DNA of 64,000 nucleotides. Origin: Nannocystis bainbridge (GTDB lineage Bacteria; Myxococcota_A; Polyangia; Nannocystales; Nannocystaceae). The stretch covers positions 481,724 to 545,723 of the forward strand of contig NZ_JAQNDL010000002.1 of assembly GCF_028368995.1 (NCBI RefSeq). The letters run 5' to 3'. This document shows, piece after piece, positions 62,013-64,000 of this stretch; positions within the stretch are counted from its first letter, which is position 1; each line of letters opens with the position of its first letter. The translations under genes were made by a program, and so were the position numbers. The notes below the pieces were generated by a model. The model was given only the letters and a program-made list of their open reading frames with translations. It did no database searches and was not told the DNA's origin.

Positions 62013-62999
62013 CTAGAAGTGATAGTCGAGCTGATAGGGGACGCAGGCGAGGCTGTCCGGGGTGTCGACGCGGATCCAAATCTTGGCGCTGTCGTCGAGG
62101 CCGTCGCAGTCGAGCTTGGGGGCGACGGAGGTGGTGCTGCAGCAGCCCTTCTGGCCCAGGGGGGCGGTGTCGGGGGTGGCGCCGCTGCAGTTGATCGAGG
62201 TGCCGCCGCTGTTGCATTGCAGGTAGACGCAGACGCGGCCGCCGCTGCCGTTCTGCTGGACCAGGCTGCGCACGGGATCGACGTAGTTGAGGAAGGCGTC
62301 GTCGCCGGCGAAGGTGTACCAGTCGACGTCGTTTTTGCCCTTGATGGTGGCGCACACGAAGGAGCCGTCCTTGTCGTCGTCGGAGATGGTGCCGAGGTTC
62401 TGCGCGGTCTCCTGGTTCTCGTGCGGCTCCTGGCCGTAGTCCTCGCAGGCGTCGGTGACCTGCTTGCAGGGGCGGCAGGCGCCGTCGGTGTGGCAATACT
62501 GGGCGAGGCCGGGGCCGCAGGCGGTGTGCATGGCCCGGGGCGTGTGCGTGGGGACGTCGCCCTCGCAGGTGTCGTCGGTGCAGTCGTTGTCGTCGTCGGG
62601 GAGGTCGGTGGGGTCGGGCTCGACGCCGGCGACGCCGGCGTCGCAGATGAACCGCCGACAGTCGCCCTTGACCTGGTGCGGCGGATCGTCGGCGATCTCG
62701 GTCTGGAGGCCGCCCTGGCCGTCGCACACGTTCTGCTGACAGTCACCGGAGGCGCTGGGCCAGACGCTGCCCGCGGGCAATTCGGCGACGCCGCAGACGT
62801 CGCCGTCACAGGTGACCTCCTGGCAGAGGCCCGGCCAGGGACAGCTGTCGGGGCAGACGGCGGCGCCGGTGGTGGGGACGACGTCGGTGGTGGAACCGGC
62901 CGAGGTGGCGGTGTCGGTCACCGGGCCAGTCGGATCGTCGCTGAGACACGCGCCCGCGAGCGCCGTGAGGATGATGATCGCCGCCGCGTCGCTTCGCAT
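62013..62999 (-). CDS. Cys-rich secreted lipoprotein (about 30 Cys; EGF/disulfide-rich N-terminal half)
   Basis: 'LTALAGACLSD' lipobox. Thr-rich linker. Multiple CxxC/CxC clusters. C-terminal beta-rich domain. Confidence 0.55.
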   Translation of the reverse strand: MRSDAAAIIILTALAGACLSDDPTGPVTDTATSAGSTTDVVPTTGAAVCPDSCPWPGLCQEVTCDGDVCGVAELPAGSVWPSASGDCQQNVCDGQGGLQTEIADDPPHQVKGDCRRFICDAGVAGVEPDPTDLPDDDNDCTDDTCEGDVPTHTPRAMHTACGPGLAQYCHTDGACRPCKQVTDACEDYGQEPHENQETAQNLGTISDDDKDGSFVCATIKGKNDVDWYTFAGDDAFLNYVDPVRSLVQQNGSGGRVCVYLQCNSGGTSINCSGATPDTAPLGQKGCCSTTSVAPKLDCDGLDDSAKIWIRVDTPDSLACVPYQLDYHF

Positions 63000-63143
63000 C
63001 GCCTGGGACTCCTCGTCGTCGAGGATGCCCGGGCAGGCGAGGGAGCGCGAGGGCTACGTCGAGAGACGGTGGACGAGCGTGAGCGCGCGCGGTGCTGCGG
63101 CAAGAGATGAGCGGCGCTGGCGTCGCCGCGCCCCCGGCCGGCC

Positions 63144-64000
<857 letters not shown>

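Overview
This 64 kb window has very high GC (about 70%) and looks like a myxobacterial (Deltaproteobacteria/Myxococcota-type) chromosomal segment. It carries about 50 genes, most of them lipoproteins or secreted proteins with Thr/Ser/Gly/Glu-rich linkers and signalling proteins. The signalling set includes three large Ser/Thr protein kinases (two fused to AAA/STAND-NTPase and TPR modules, one also to a GAF-histidine-kinase), an ECF sigma factor, two LysR regulators and an NB-ARC/TPR/winged-helix regulator. There are also three class-II tRNA-Ser genes, two paralogous beta-lactamase-fold hydrolases and two paralogous vWA lipoproteins. Other genes include an M23 peptidase, a serpin, a PAAR-like (DUF4150) polymorphic toxin with a SUKH-type immunity gene, and a methylation locus (radical-SAM-like/SPASM protein, O-methyltransferase, adenosylhomocysteinase). 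An operon encodes two unusual flavin oxidases. No CRISPR array, transposase, integrase or prophage genes were recognised. The most striking non-genic signal is a dispersed family of 10-bp CATG-core palindromes (GGACATGTCC and variants). It occurs at 13 or more intergenic sites, almost always just 3' of a stop codon, and includes one 67-bp x3 higher-order tandem array. This looks like an undescribed REP-like 3'-end element family or operator system. Other points of interest are a frameshift splitting a 1.7k-aa kinase/histidine-kinase gene, a radical-SAM-fold protein that has lost its CX3CX2C motif but keeps a twitch/SPASM cysteine cluster, and an ADC-like domain fused to a phytoene-desaturase-like flavoprotein.
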